From Eledone cirrhosa (lineage: Eukaryota), in assembly GCA_964016885.1 (NCBI GenBank), contig OZ024750.1, forward strand, positions 28,210,001 to 28,274,000: 64,000 bases of DNA. Reading direction: 5' to 3'. This document shows positions 27,048 through 42,750 of the stretch, piece by piece. The notes below the pieces were generated by a model. That model ran no database searches. It was given only the letters and a program-made list of their open reading frames with translations, and was not told where the DNA came from. The translations under genes were made by a program, and so were the position numbers. The first letter of the stretch is position 1. Each line of letters starts with the position of its first letter.

Positions 27048-27410
27048 TAATGGAATAAACTACTAGTATTTCTATAGATATAAGCGGCGACTTGACAGAG
27101 TCGTTAGAACGTCGGATAGAATGCTTTATGGCATTCGTTCCGGCTCTCTTTTCTCTGAGTTCAAATCCCACCGAGGTCAACTTTGCCTTTCATACTTGCG
27201 AGATCTATAAAAAAAAGTACCAGTCTAGTACTGGGGTCGCTTCTTCCTCTGTATTTCTTTCTCGATTTCCCCTCTCTCAATTTTTGTCATTCTATAGAAG
27301 AAATCTGCTATACTCAGGCCTGAAGAGGGATGGGCTCCGCCAGGCTTAAAATACCCAAGAAACAGCGCCCCTACGACTATCATGAGTTACGGGACCATAC
27401 CTTAATGCAG
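25863..27410 (+). mobile_element. Cluster of SINE family 1 copies (25863, 26485, 26670, 27085); the last has an alternative 3' tail
   Basis: Shared core motifs; tail at 27240-27400 homologous to 40020-40200 (-) and 48845-49050. Confidence 0.85.
26856..27080. repeat. Three tandem ~70-80-bp units containing variable (CA)n
   Basis: caatatttcacagcaa(ca)n ttaatggaataaactactagtatttctatagata, three times. Confidence 0.93.
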
Positions 27411-27879
27411 ACATTTCTATAGATAATACCACCAATGGTAACGTACTTGTCCGGCAAACGAGAGATGTGGGTTCGACTCCTATGTGTGTTGATGCCTATC
27501 TTTTTTCGTTCAGTGGGTTTATATGTTTCGTTATTTTTAGACTATTTCATTTAGTCAAAGTTATGCCGTAATCTTCGAATTTAATTGAAATATTCCTTGA
27601 AAGTAGAATCCATCTAAAGTCTAAAGTTCTTTGGTGTTTATTAGTTTGCTATTATTAGAAAGCTAATCAGTGCAATTAATTAGTTTTATAGCCTCGAGAT
27701 AATTTGTGTTGTCCCTAAATGGGTTAGCAGATTATTATGGAATGGTGTCAATGTGTTGTTGTTAAAACAATCCAACTGTGTCAGTTCCATTGAACATTCC
27801 TCGCTTCTCTTTGGTCTTCTTTACTTTAAATTCTTTCTATGTAAATATTGAATTTACCAATCAATATATATTGAAATCA

Positions 27880-28143
27880 ATAATTGTTTCTACTATAGGC
27901 ACAAGGCCAGTAATTTGAAGAGGAAGGGAAAGTAGAAAGTAAATTAAATCAACCCCAGTGCATTACTGGTGCTTTATTTTATCGACCCCCGTAAGGATGA
28001 AAGGCAAAGTTAACCTCAGCGGGATTTGAACTCAGGCCGTAAAGGGCCGTAACTCTATGCAGCAAAGCATGGTGCCCGACGCTCTAAAGTACCAGTAATA
28101 AACCGGGATATTTGCTGGCCTTGCGCCAAAAGTAGAAACAATT
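27880..28143. mobile_element. SINE family 1 (-) fused to an inverted 3' fragment (+)
   Basis: 27880-28085 is minus strand; 28086-28143 is plus strand. Confidence 0.88.
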
Positions 28144-28158
28144 ATATTACAGCCAACT

Positions 28159-31100
28159 CTGAAAGTAATAGCCCATGTAGTAGTACATATTAACTGAAAG
28201 TAATAGCCCATGTAGTAGTACATATCAACTGAAAGTAATAGCCCATGTAGTAGTACATATTATCTGAAAGTAATAGCCCATGTAGTAGTACATATTAACT
28301 GAAAGTAATAACCCATGTAGTAGTACATATTATCTGAAAGTAATAGCCCATGTAGTAGTACATATTATCTGAAAGTAATAGCCCATGTAGTAGTACATAT
28401 TATCTGAAAGTAATAGCCCATGTAGTAGTACATATTATCTGAAAGTAATAGCCCATGTAGTAGTACATATTATCTGAAAGTAATAGCCCATGTAGTAGTA
28501 CATATTATCTGAAAGTAATAGCCCATGTAGTAGTACATATTAACTGAAAGTAATAGCCCATGTAGTAGTACATATTAACTGAAAGTAATAGCCCATGTAG
28601 TAGTACATATTATCTGAAAGTAATAGCCCATGTAGTAGTACATATTATCTGAAAGTAATAGCCCATGTAGTAGTACATATTAACTGAAAGTAATAACCCA
28701 TGTAGTAGTACATATTATCTGAAAGTAATAGCCCATGTAGTAGTACATATTATCTGAAAGTAATAGCCCATGTAGTAGTACATATTATCTGAAAGTAATA
28801 GCCCATGTAGTAGTACATATTATCTGAAAGTAATAGCCCATGTAGTAGTACATATTATCTGAAAGTAATAGCCCATGTAGTAGTACATATTATCTGAAAG
28901 TAATAGCCCATGTAGTAGTACATATTAACTGAAAGTAATAGCCCATGTAGTAGTACATATTATCTGAAAGTAATAACCCATGTAGTAGTACATATTAACT
29001 GAAAGTAATAGCCCATGTAGTAGTACATATTATCTGAAAGTAATAGCCCATGTAGTAGTACATATTATCTGAAAGTAATAGCCCATGTAGTAGTACATAT
29101 TATCTGAAAGTAATAGCCCATGTAGTAGTACATATTATCTGAAAGTAATAGCCCATGTAGTAGTACATATTATCTGAAAGTAATAGCCCATGTAGTAGTA
29201 CATATTAACTGAAAGTAATAACCCATGTAGTAGTACATATTATCTGAAAGTAATAGCCCATGTAGTAGTACATATTAACTGAAAGTAATAACCCATGTAG
29301 TAGTACATATTATCTGAAAGTAATAGCCCATGTAGTAGTACATATTATCTGAAAGTAATAGCCCATGTAGTAGTACATATTATCTGAAAGTAATAGCCCA
29401 TGTAGTAGTACATATTATCTGAAAGTAATAGCCCATGTAGTAGTACATATTATCTGAAAGTAATAGCCCATGTAGTAGTACATATTATCTGAAAGTAATA
29501 GCCCATGTAGTAGTACATATTAACTGAAAGTAATAGCCCATGTAGTAGTACATATTAACTGAAAGTAATAGCCCATGTAGTAGTACATATTATCTGAAAG
29601 TAATAGCCCATGTAGTAGTACATATTATCTGAAAGTAATAGCCCATGTAGTAGTACATATTAACTGAAAGTAATAACCCATGTAGTAGTACATATTATCT
29701 GAAAGTAATAGCCCATGTAGTAGTACATATTATCTGAAAGTAATAGCCCATGTAGTAGTACATATTATCTGAAAGTAATAGCCCATGTAGTAGTACATAT
29801 TATCTGAAAGTAATAGCCCATGTAGTAGTACATATTATCTGAAAGTAATAGCCCATGTAGTAGTACATATTATCTGAAAGTAATAGCCCATGTAGTAGTA
29901 CATATTAACTGAAAGTAATAGCCCATGTAGTAGTACATATTATCTGAAAGTAATAGCCCATGTAGTAGTACATATTATCTGAAAGTAATAGCCCATGTAG
30001 TAGTACATATTATCTGAAAGTAATAGCCCATGTAGTAGTACATATTATCTGAAAGTAATAGCCCATGTAGTAGTACATATTATCTGAAAGTAATAGCCCA
30101 TGTAGTAGTACATATTATCTGAAAGTAATAGCCCATGTAGTAGTACATATTAACTGAAAGTAATAACCCATGTAGTAGTACATATTATCTGAAAGTAATA
30201 GCCCATGTAGTAGTACATATTATCTGAAAGTAATAGCCCTTGTAGTAGTACATATTATCTGAAAGTAATAGCCCATGTAGTAGTACATATTATCTGAAAG
30301 TAATAGCCCATGTAGTAGTACATATTAACTGAAAGTAATAGCCCATGTAGTAGTACATATTATCTGAAAGTAATAGCCCATGTAGTAGTACATATTATCT
30401 GAAAGTAATAGCCCATGTAGTAGTACATATTAACTGAAAGTAATAGCCCATGTAGTAGTACATATTATCTGAAAGGAATAACCCATGTAGTAGTACATAT
30501 TATCTGAAAGTAATAGCCCATGTAGTAGTACATATTATCTGAAAGTAATAGCCCATGTAGTAGTACATATTATCTGAAAGTAATATCCCATGTAGTAGTA
30601 CATATTAACTGAAAGTAATAGCCCATGTAGTAGTACATATTATCTGAAAGTAATAGCCGATGTAGTAGTACATATTATCTGAAAGTAATAGCCCATGTAG
30701 TAGTACATATTATCTGAAAGTAATAGCCCATGTAGTAGTACATATTATCTGAAAGTAATAGCCCATGTAGTAGTACATATTATCTGAAAGTAATAGCCCA
30801 TGTAGTAGTACATATTATCTGAAAGTAATAGCCCATGTAGTAGTACATATTATCTGAAAGTAATAGCCCATGTAGTAGTACATATTAACTGAAAGTAATA
30901 GCCCATGTAGTAGTACATATTAACTGAAAGTAATAGCCCATGTAGTAGTACATATTATCTGAAAGTAATAGCCCATGTAGTAGTACATATTATCTGAAAG
31001 TAATATCCCATGTAGTAGTACATATTAACTGAAAGTAATAGCCCATGTAGTAGTACATATTATCTGAAAGTAATAGCCCATGTAGTAGTACATATTATCT

Positions 31101-34100
31101 GAAAGTAATAGCCCATGTAGTAGTACATATTATCTGAAAATAATAGCCCATGTAGTAGTACATATTATCTGAAAGTAATAGCCCATGTAGTAGTACATAT
31201 TATCTGAAAGTAATAGCCCATATAGTAGTACATATTAACTGAAAGTAATAGCCCATGTAGTAGTACATATTATCTGAAAGTAATAGCCCATGTAGTAGTA
31301 CATATTATCTGAAAGTAATAGCCCATGTAGTAGTACATATTAACTGAAAGTAATAGCCCATGTAGTAGTACATATTAACTGAAAGTAATAACCCATGTAG
31401 TAGTACATATTAACTGAAAGTAATAACCCATGTAGTAGTACATATTAACTGAAAGTAATAGCCCATGTAGTAGTACATATTATCTGAAAGTAATAGCCCA
31501 TGTAGTAGTACATATTATCTGAAAGTAATATCCCATGTAGTAGTACATATTAACTGAAAGTAATAGCCCATGTAGTAGTACATATTATCTGAAAGTAATA
31601 GCCCATGTAGTAGTACATATTATCTGAAAGTAATAGCCCATGTAGTAGTACATATTATCTGAAAGTAATAGCCCATGTAGTAGTACATATTATCTGAAAG
31701 TAATAGCCCATGTAGTAGTACATATTATCTGAAAGTAATAGCCCATGTAGTAGTACATATTAACTGAAAGTAATAGCCCATGTAGTAGTACATATTAACT
31801 GAAAGTAATAGCCCATGTAGTAGTACATATTATCTGAAAGTAATAGCCCATGTAGTAGTACATATTATCTGAAAGTAATAGCCCATGTAGTAGTACATAT
31901 TATCTGAAAGTAATAGCCCATGTAGTAGTACATATTATCTGAAAGTAATAGCCCATGTAGTAGTACATATTATCTGAAAGTAATAGCCCATGTAGTAGTA
32001 CATATTATCTGAAAGTAATAGCCCATGTAGTAGTACATATTATCTGAAAGTAATAGCCCATGTAGTAGTACATATTATCTGAAAGTAATAGCCCATGTAG
32101 TAGTACATATTAACTGAAAGTAATAGCCCATGTAGTAGTACATATTATCTGAAAGTAATAACCCATGTAGTAGTACATATTAACTGAAAGTAATAGCCCA
32201 TGTAGTAGTACATATTATCTGAAAGTAATAGCCCATGTAGTAGTACATATTATCTGAAAGTAATAGCCCATGTAGTAGTACATATTATCTGAAAGTAATA
32301 GCCCATGTAGTAGTACATATTATCTGAAAGTAATAGCCCATGTAGTAGTACATATTATCTGAAAGTAATAGCCCATGTAGTAGTACATATTAACTGAAAG
32401 TAATAACCCATGTAGTAGTACATATTATCTGAAAGTAATAGCCCATGTAGTAGTACATATTATCTGAAAGTAATAGCCCATGTAGTAGTACATGTTATCT
32501 GAAAGTAATAGCCCATGTAGTAGTACATATTATCTGAAAGTAATAGCCCATGTAGTAGTACATATTAACTGAAAGTAATAGCCCATGTAGTAGTACATAT
32601 TATCTGAAAGTAATAGCCCATGTAGTAGTACATATTATCTGAAAGTAATAGCCCATGTAGTAGTACATATTAACTGAAAGTAATAGCCCATGTAGTAGTA
32701 CATATTATCTGAAAGGAATAACCCATGTAGTAGTACATATTATCTGAAAGTAATAGCCCATGTAGTAGTACATATTATCTGAAAGTAATAGCCCATGTAG
32801 TAGTACATATTATCTGAAAGTAATATCCCATGTAGTAGTACATATTAACTGAAAGTAATAGCCCATGTAGTAGTACATATTATCTGAAAGTAATAGCCGA
32901 TGTAGTAGTACATATTATCTGAAAGTAATAGCCCATGTAGTAGTACATATTATCTGAAAGTAATAGCCCATGTAGTAGTACATATTATCTGAAAGTAATA
33001 GCCCATGTAGTAGTACATATTATCTGAAAGTAATAGCCCATATAGTAGTACATATTAACTGAAAGTAATAGCCCATGTAGTAGTACATATTATCTGAAAG
33101 TAATAGCCCATGTAGTAGTACATATTATCTGAAAGTAATAGCCCATGTAGTAGTACATATTAACTGAAAGTAATAGCCCATGTAGTAGTACATATTAACT
33201 GAAAGTAATAACCCATGTAGTAGTACATATTAACTGAAAGTAATAACCCATGTAGTAGTACATATTAACTGAAAGTAATAGCCCATGTAGTAGTACATAT
33301 TATCTGAAAGTAATAGCCCATGTAGTAGTACATATTATCTGAAAGTAATATCCCATGTAGTAGTACATATTAACTGAAAGTAATAGCCCATGTAGTAGTA
33401 CATATTATCTGAAAGTAATAGCCCATGTAGTAGTACATATTAACTGAAAGTAATAGCCCATGTAGTAGTACATATTATCTGAAAGTAATATCCCATGTAG
33501 TAGTACATATTAACTGAAAGTAATAGCCCATATAGTAGTACATATTATCTGAAAGTAATAGCCCATGTAGTAGTACATATTATCTGAAAGTAATAGCCCA
33601 TGTAGTAGTACATATTATCTGAAAGTAATAGCCCATGTAGTAGTACATATTAACTGAAAGTAATAACCCATGTAGTAGTACATATTATCTGAAAGTAATA
33701 GCCCATGTAGTAGTACATATTATCTGAAAGTAATAGCCCATGTAGTAGTACATATTATCTGAAAGTAATAGCCCATGTAGTAGTACATATTATCTGAAAG
33801 TAATAGCCCATGTAGTAGTACATATTAACTGAAAGTAATAGCCCATGTAGTAGTACATATTAACTGAAAGTAATAACCCATGTAGTAGTACATATTAACT
33901 GAAAGTAATAACCCATGTAGTAGTACATATTAACTGAAAGTAATAGCCCATGTAGTAGTACATATTATCTGAAAGTAATAGCCCATGTAGTAGTACATAT
34001 TATCTGAAAGTAATATCCCATGTAGTAGTACATATTATCTGAAAGTAATAGCCCATGTAGTAGTACATATTATCTGAAAGTAATAGCCCATGTAGTAGTA

Positions 34101-37100
34101 CATATTATCTGAAAGTAATAGCCCATGTAGTAGTACATATTATCTGAAAGTAATAGCCCATATAGTAGTACATATTAACTGAAAGTAATAGCCCATGTAG
34201 TAGTACATATTATCTGAAAGTAATAGCCCATGTAGTAGTACATATTATCTGAAAGTAATAGCCCATGTAGTAGTACATATTAACTGAAAGTAATAGCCCA
34301 TGTAGTAGTACATATTAACTGAAAGTAATAACCCATGTAGTAGTACATATTAACTGAAAGTAATAACCCATGTAGTAGTACATATTAACTGAAAGTAATA
34401 GCCCATGTAGTAGTACATATTATCTGAAAGTAATAGCCCATGTAGTAGTACATATTATCTGAAAGTAATATCCCATGTAGTAGTACATATTAACTGAAAG
34501 TAATAGCCCATGTAGTAGTACATATTATCTGAAAGTAATAGCCCATGTAGTAGTACATATTATCTGAAAGTAATAGCCCATGTAGTAGTACATATTATCT
34601 GAAAGTAATAGCCCATGTAGTAGTACATATTATCTGAAAGTAATAGCCCATGTAGTAGTACATATTATCTGAAAGTAATAGCCCATGTAGTAGTACATAT
34701 TAACTGAAAGTAATAGCCCATGTAGTAGTACATATTAACTGAAAGTAATAGCCCATGTAGTAGTACATATTATCTGAAAGTAATAGCCCATGTAGTAGTA
34801 CATATTATCTGAAAGTAATAGCCCATGTAGTAGTACATATTATCTGAAAGTAATAGCCCATGTAGTAGTACATATTATCTGAAAGTAATAGCCCATGTAG
34901 TAGTACATATTATCTGAAAGTAATAGCCCATGTAGTAGTACATATTATCTGAAAGTAATAGCCCATGTAGTAGTACATATTATCTGAAAGTAATAGCCCA
35001 TGTAGTAGTACATATTATCTGAAAGTAATAGCCCATGTAGTAGTACATATTAACTGAAAGTAATAGCCCATGTAGTAGTACATATTATCTGAAAGTAATA
35101 ACCCATGTAGTAGTACATATTAACTGAAAGTAATAGCCCATGTAGTAGTACATATTATCTGAAAGTAATAGCCCATGTAGTAGTACATATTATCTGAAAG
35201 TAATAGCCCATGTAGTAGTACATATTATCTGAAAGTAATAGCCCATGTAGTAGTACATATTATCTGAAAGTAATAGCCCATGTAGTAGTACATATTATCT
35301 GAAAGTAATAGCCCATGTAGTAGTACATATTAACTGAAAGTAATAACCCATGTAGTAGTACATATTATCTGAAAGTAATAGCCCATGTAGTAGTACATAT
35401 TATCTGAAAGTAATAGCCCATGTAGTAGTACATATTATCTGAAAGTAATAGCCCATGTAGTAGTACATATTATCTGAAAGTAATAGCCCATGTAGTAGTA
35501 CATATTAACTGAAAGTAATAGCCCATGTAGTAGTACATATTATCTGAAAGTAATAGCCCATGTAGTAGTACATATTATCTGAAAGTAATAGCCCATGTAG
35601 TAGTACATATTAACTGAAAGTAATAGCCCATGTAGTAGTACATATTATCTGAAAGGAATAACCCATGTAGTAGTACATATTATCTGAAAGTAATAGCCCA
35701 TGTAGTAGTACATATTATCTGAAAGTAATAGCCCATGTAGTAGTACATATTATCTGAAAGTAATATCCCATGTAGTAGTACATATTAACTGAAAGTAATA
35801 GCCCATGTAGTAGTACATATTATCTGAAAGTAATAGCCGATGTAGTAGTACATATTATCTGAAAGTAATAGCCCATGTAGTAGTACATATTATCTGAAAG
35901 TAATAGCCCATGTAGTAGTACATATTATCTGAAAGTAATAGCCCATGTAGTAGTACATATTATCTGAAAGTAATAGCCCATATAGTAGTACATATTAACT
36001 GAAAGTAATAGCCCATGTAGTAGTACATATTATCTGAAAGTAATAGCCCATGTAGTAGTACATATTATCTGAAAGTAATAGCCCATGTAGTAGTACATAT
36101 TAACTGAAAGTAATAGCCCATGTAGTAGTACATATTAACTGAAAGTAATAACCCATGTAGTAGTACATATTAACTGAAAGTAATAACCCATGTAGTAGTA
36201 CATATTAACTGAAAGTAATAGCCCATGTAGTAGTACATATTATCTGAAAGTAATAGCCCATGTAGTAGTACATATTATCTGAAAGTAATATCCCATGTAG
36301 TAGTACATATTAACTGAAAGTAATAGCCCATGTAGTAGTACATATTATCTGAAAGTAATAGCCCATGTAGTAGTACATATTATCTGAAAGTAATAGCCCA
36401 TGTAGTAGTACATATTATCTGAAAGTAATAGCCCATGTAGTAGTACATATTATCTGAAAGTAATAGCCCATGTAGTAGTACATATTATCTGAAAGTAATA
36501 GCCCATGTAGTAGTACATATTATCTGAAAGTAATAGCCCATGTAGTAGTACATATTAACTGAAAGTAATAGCCCATGTAGTAGTACATATTAACTGAAAG
36601 TAATAGCCCATGTAGTAGTACATATTAACTGAAAGTAATAGCCCATGTAGTAGTACATATTATCTGAAAGTAATAGCCCATGTAGTAGTACATATTAACT
36701 GAAAGTAATAGCCCATGTAGTAGTACATATTATCTGAAAGTAATATCCCATGTAGTAGTACATATTAACTGAAAGTAATAGCCCATGTAGTAGTACATAT
36801 TATCTGAGAGTAATAGCCCATGTAGTAGTACATATTATCTGAAAGTAATAGCCCATGTAGTAGTACATATTATCTGAAAGTAATAGCCCATGTAGTAGTA
36901 CATATTAACTGAAAGTAATAACCCATGTAGTAGTACATATTATCTGAAAGTAATAGCCCATGTAGTAGTACATATTATCTGAAAGTAATAGCCCATGTAG
37001 TAGTACATATTATCTGAAAGTAATAGCCCATGTAGTAGTACATATTATCTGAAAGTAATAGCCCATGTAGTAGTACATATTAACTGAAAGTAATAGCCCA

Positions 37101-39990
37101 TGTAGTAGTACATATTAACTGAAAGTAATAACCCATGTAGTAGTACATATTAACTGAAAGTAATAACCCATGTAGTAGTACATATTAACTGAAAGTAATA
37201 GCCCATGTAGTAGTACATATTATCTGAAAGTAATAGCCCATGTAGTAGTACATATTATCTGAAAGTAATATCCCATGTAGTAGTACATATTAACTGAAAG
37301 TAATAGCCCATGTAGTAGTACATATTATCTGAAAGTAATAGCCCATGTAGTAGTACATATTATCTGAAAGTAATAGCCCATGTAGTAGTACATATTATCT
37401 GAAAGTAATAGCCCATGTAGTAGTACATATTATCTGAAAGTAATAGCCCATGTAGTAGTACATATTATCTGAAAGTAATAGCCCATGTAGTAGTACATAT
37501 TAACTGAAAGTAATAGCCCATGTAGTAGTACATATTAACTGAAAGTAATAGCCCATGTAGTAGTACATATTATCTGAAAGTAATAGCCCATGTAGTAGTA
37601 CATATTATCTGAAAGTAATAGCCCATGTAGTAGTACATATTATCTGAAAGTAATAGCCCATGTAGTAGTACATATTATCTGAAAGTAATAGCCCATGTAG
37701 TAGTACATATTATCTGAAAGTAATAGCCCATGTAGTAGTACATATTATCTGAAAGTAATAGCCCATGTAGTAGTACATATTATCTGAAAGTAATAGCCCA
37801 TGTAGTAGTACATATTATCTGAAAGTAATAGCCCATGTAGTAGTACATATTAACTGAAAGTAATAGCCCATGTAGTAGTACATATTATCTGAAAGTAATA
37901 ACCCATGTAGTAGTACATATTAACTGAAAGTAATAGCCCATGTAGTAGTACATATTATCTGAAAGTAATAGCCCATGTAGTAGTACATATTATCTGAAAG
38001 TAATAGCCCATGTAGTAGTACATATTATCTGAAAGTAATAGCCCATGTAGTAGTACATATTATCTGAAAGTAATAGCCCATGTAGTAGTACATATTATCT
38101 GAAAGTAATAGCCCATGTAGTAGTACATATTAACTGAAAGTAATAACCCATGTAGTAGTACATATTATCTGAAAGTAATAGCCCATGTAGTAGTACATAT
38201 TATCTGAAAGTAATAGCCCATGTAGTAGTACATATTATCTGAAAGTAATAGCCCATGTAGTAGTACATATTATCTGAAAGTAATAGCCCATGTAGTAGTA
38301 CATATTAACTGAAAGTAATAGCCCATGTAGTAGTACATATTATCTGAAAGTAATAGCCCATGTAGTAGTACATATTATCTGAAAGTAATAGCCCATGTAG
38401 TAGTACATATTAACTGAAAGTAATAGCCCATGTAGTAGTACATATTATCTGAAAGGAATAACCCATGTAGTAGTACATATTATCTGAAAGTAATAGCCCA
38501 TGTAGTAGTACATATTATCTGAAAGTAATAGCCCATGTAGTAGTACATATTATCTGAAAGTAATATCCCATGTAGTAGTACATATTAACTGAAAGTAATA
38601 GCCCATGTAGTAGTACATATTATCTGAAAGTAATAGCCCATGTAGTAGTACATATTATCTGAAAGTAATAGCCCATGTAGTAGTACATATTATCTGAAAG
38701 TAATAGCCCATGTAGTAGTACATATTATCTGAAAGTAATAGCCCATGTAGTAGTACATATTATCTGAAAGTAATAGCCCATGTAGTAGTACATATTATCT
38801 GAAAGTAATAGCCCATGTAGTAGTACATATTAACTGAAAGTAATAGCCCATGTAGTAGTACATATTAACTGAAAGTAATAGCCCATGTAGTAGTACATAT
38901 TAACTGAAAGTAATAGCCCATGTAGTAGTACATATTATCTGAAAGTAATAGCCCATGTAGTAGTACATATTATCTGAAAGTAATATCCCATGTAGTAGTA
39001 CATATTAACTGAAAGTAATAGCCCATGTAGTAGTACATATTATCTGAAAGTAATAGCCCATGTAGTAGTACATATTATCTGAAAGTAATAGCCCATGTAG
39101 TAGTACATATTATCTGAAAGTAATAGCCCATGTAGTAGTACATATTATCTGAAAGTAATAGCCCATGTAGTAGTACATATTATCTGAAAGTAATAGCCCA
39201 TGTAGTAGTACATATTATCTGAAAGTAATAGCCCATGTAGTAGTACATATTATCTGAAAGTAATAGCCCATGTAGTAGTACATATTAACTGAAAGTAATA
39301 GCCCATGTAGTAGTACATATTAACTGAAAGTAATAGCCCATGTAGTAGTACATATTATCTGAAAGTAATAACCCATGTAGTAGTACATATTAACTGAAAG
39401 TAATAGCCCATGTAGTAGTACATATTATCTGAAAGTAATAGCCCATGTAGTAGTACATATTATCTGAAAGTAATAGCCTATGTAGTAGTACATATTATCT
39501 GAAAGTAATAGCCCATGTAGTAGTACATATTATCTGAAAGTAATAGCCCATGTAGTAGTACATATTATCTGAAAGTAATAGCCCATGTAGTAGTACATAT
39601 TAACTGAAAGTAATAGCCCATGTAGTAGTACATATTATCTGAAAGTAATAGCCCATGTAGTAGTACATATTATCTGAAAGTAATAGCCCATGTAGTAGTA
39701 CATATTATCTGAAAGTAATAGCCCATGTAGTAGTACATATTATCTGAAAGTAATATCCCATGTAGTAGTACATATTAACTGAAAGTAATAGCCCATGTAG
39801 TAGTACATATTATCTGAAAGTAATAGCCGATGTAGTAGTACATATTATCTGAAAGTAATAGCCCATGTAGTAGTACATATTAACTGAAAGTAATAGCCCA
39901 TGTAGTAGTACATATTAACTGAAAGTAATAACCCATGTAGTAGTACATATTAACTGAAAGTAATAACCCATGTAGTAGTACATATTAACT
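28159..39990. repeat. 35-bp satellite, ~338 copies
   Basis: Unit ctgaaagtaatagcccatgtagtagtacatatta(t/a); period 28201, 28236, 28271; substitution variants only, with no phase shift seen. Confidence 0.99.
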
Positions 39991-40019
39991 TATCACTTTG
40001 GTTGGTTTTAATATGGATG

Positions 40020-40330
40020 CATGGTCTCGTAACTCACGAGAAACTCGTTGAAGTGCCGTATTGACATATAACGTTTCTAGGGCATTTTAAAACCTGGCGG
40101 AGCTCATCTCCTCTCCAGGTCTTAATATAGCAGATGTCTTCCAGAGAAGGATAAAGAGTGAAAGAATGGAAACGAGAAAGAAACATAGGAGAAGAATCAA
40201 CCCCAGTATTAGACTGGTACTTGTTTTATCAACCTCGAATGGATGAAAGATAAAGCTGACCTCGTTAGCAAAGAGCCGAAACAAATAGCGCAAAGTATTC
40301 TATATGACCTTCTAGCAACTCTGCCGTCTC
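40020..40330 (-). mobile_element. SINE family 1 variant with alternative tail
   Basis: Core plus tail gacctggagaggagatgagctccgccagg...gagttacgagacca on the minus strand. Confidence 0.75.
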
Positions 40331-40724
40331 AGTTTTGATATAGCCACGAAAAAAAGGCATGTTTTCGTATTGAGAGAGCATACTGATCAGCTATCCTATA
40401 TTTCGACTCCCACCCCCATAACAATGGAATATTCTTGAGTACAAAACTCAATATATCTTCAAACCATCTATAATACCTTTGACCTTTATAACTATTGTCA
40501 CGTTACTCGCTTTCAAAGGCCGCTTTAAGTAACACTCCTAGAAACCCGGGCGTTTCATTTTCTAATAAATTCTTTGCTTTCAATCGATATTATAAAGAAC
40601 TGTTTAAACGGCAAGAGCTCAGCCGTCGGGTCTCGGTGCTTTATAATTTAACCATACCTCTACTACCTCAAGTATCGAGTAATCTGTTGAGTAATGTTGT
40701 AACTAGTTTTAAACTGGTTTTATC

Positions 40725-40769
<45 letters not shown>

Positions 40770-41764
40770 ATATATATATATACAGTATATATATATATTA
40801 TATAAAAACAAATAACGAAACGAAATTAAATTTCGTTTCGTTTGTAACTCACTTTTGTATGACTGACGCTTAAACAATTAAGTTAAAAATGTACATCCAC
40901 ATATGTATACTGAAATACTAGTATGCATATGAATACACACACGTATACATATGTAGATGTACCGAGTTTTTCACTGGTCACTTTACTGTGAGTGTCCAGC
41001 TATTCTGTATGTAAACACACAGACAAACCGGTTTTTAGAGTCATACTGGTTTTTGAGGAAACACCTTTCCTCTATTCTCCAGAAAGCCAGACAAGGAATA
41101 TTGAACTAGTTTCGTTGTTGTTACAACTCATCAGCAATATTTACCTATCTTCCGGCCTTTCTAGAGAATCGTAAAAGCACATATCGTTATATGCTTTTTC
41201 TATGAAAATTAGTAGTGGGCAGACTAATTTGCAATATGTATACACACACAGACACACACACATATATATATATTTATATATATATGTGTGTATGTGTTTG
41301 TGTGTATGTGTTTGTATGTGTTTATGTGAGAGTGTATGTGTGTATGTTTGTGTGCGTGTGTGTGTGAGGGTACGTATATATATATATATGTAGTATGTAC
41401 ACACGCATATATATATGTATATATATATATATATATATATGTGTGTATGTGAGTGTATGTATGTGTGTGTGAGGGTACGTATATATGTAGTATGAACACA
41501 CGCACATATATTTAGATATATACGTATATATATGTGTGTATGAGTATGTGTGAGGGAGCATATGTGAGGTTACGTATATATAATATATACACACACGAAG
41601 ACTCAACCTTAGCATTTTGCGAATGTTGGCCAGCTCTAAATCTTCTAAACTTAAACAATGACCTTTAAGAAGGAAAGGTTTCTTATTAATCACATTTAAC
41701 CCCTGATCACACCCACTGATGAGCTGACAACTTTAGAATCAAACTATTTTCTAGCTTAACAATA

Positions 41765-42750
41765 CTTTCTTTCTGCCTGTCGCTCTTTCTTTCCTTCTTT
41801 CTTTCTCTCTTTATTTCTTTCTATCTTTCTTTCTATCTTTCCTTCTTTGTTTCTATCTTTCTTTCTTGCTTTCTTGCTTTCTTGCTTTTTTCTTCTTTCT
41901 TTTCTCTTTTTTCTTTCTTTCATTTTTTTTCTTTCTTTCTTTTTCTTACTTTTTATCTTTCTTTTCTACTTTCTTTCTTTCTTTCTTTTTTTTCCTTCCT
42001 TTCTTTCTTTTTTCTTTTGTTCTTTCTTTCATTCTTTCTTTCTTTTCTTACTTTTTATCTTTCTTTCCTTCTTTCTTTCTTCTTTCTTTTTTCTTCCTTC
42101 CTTTCTTTCTTTTTTCTTTTGTTCTTTCTTTCATTTTCTTACTTTTTATCTTTCTTTGCTTCTTTCTTTCTTTCTTTTTTTCTTTCTTTCTTTCTTTCTT
42201 TTTTTTCCTTCCTTTCTTTCTTTTTTCTTTTGTTCTTTCTTTCATTCTTTCTTTCTTTTCTTACTTTTTATCTTTCTTTCCTTCTTTCTTTCTTCTTTCT
42301 TTTTTCTTCCTTCCTTTCTTTCTTTTTTCTTTTGTTCTTTCTTTCATTTTCTTACTTTTTATCTTTCTTTGCTTCTTTCTTTCTTTCTTTCTTTTTTCTT
42401 ACTTTCTGTCCTTCTGTCCTTTCTTTCTGTCTTTCTGTCTTTCTTTCATTTCACTTCTCATGATTTATCTATCTACCAGTGTTATTTTTGTGCACCAATC
42501 CTCAATTCATTCCTTTCACTAACTCTCTCCTTTTCCTCCCCATCCTCATCCTTCTCCTCCTCATCCTCTCCTTCCTTTCCCTCCTCTTCCTCCCCCTCCT
42601 TCACCCCTCCTCCCCTTTATTTCCCCTCCTCTTCCTCCTCCCCTCCGTTTCCCTTCACCTCTTCTCCCTCCTCCACGCTTCTTCACCCCCTCTTCCTCTT
42701 TACCCCCCCCCCATACCTCCCTCCCCCCCCTTCCTCCACTCCCCCAGTTC
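41765..42750. repeat. Polypyrimidine low-complexity tract: (TTTC)n with an internal ~200-bp duplication, then (CCT)n
   Basis: Directly visible; explains the F/L/S-rich ORFs. Confidence 0.95.

Noticed and set aside
28159-39990. CRISPR-like array (35-bp unit containing GAAAG and a small hairpin)
   Set aside because: Units are head-to-tail with no unique spacers, there are no cas genes, and the context is eukaryotic.
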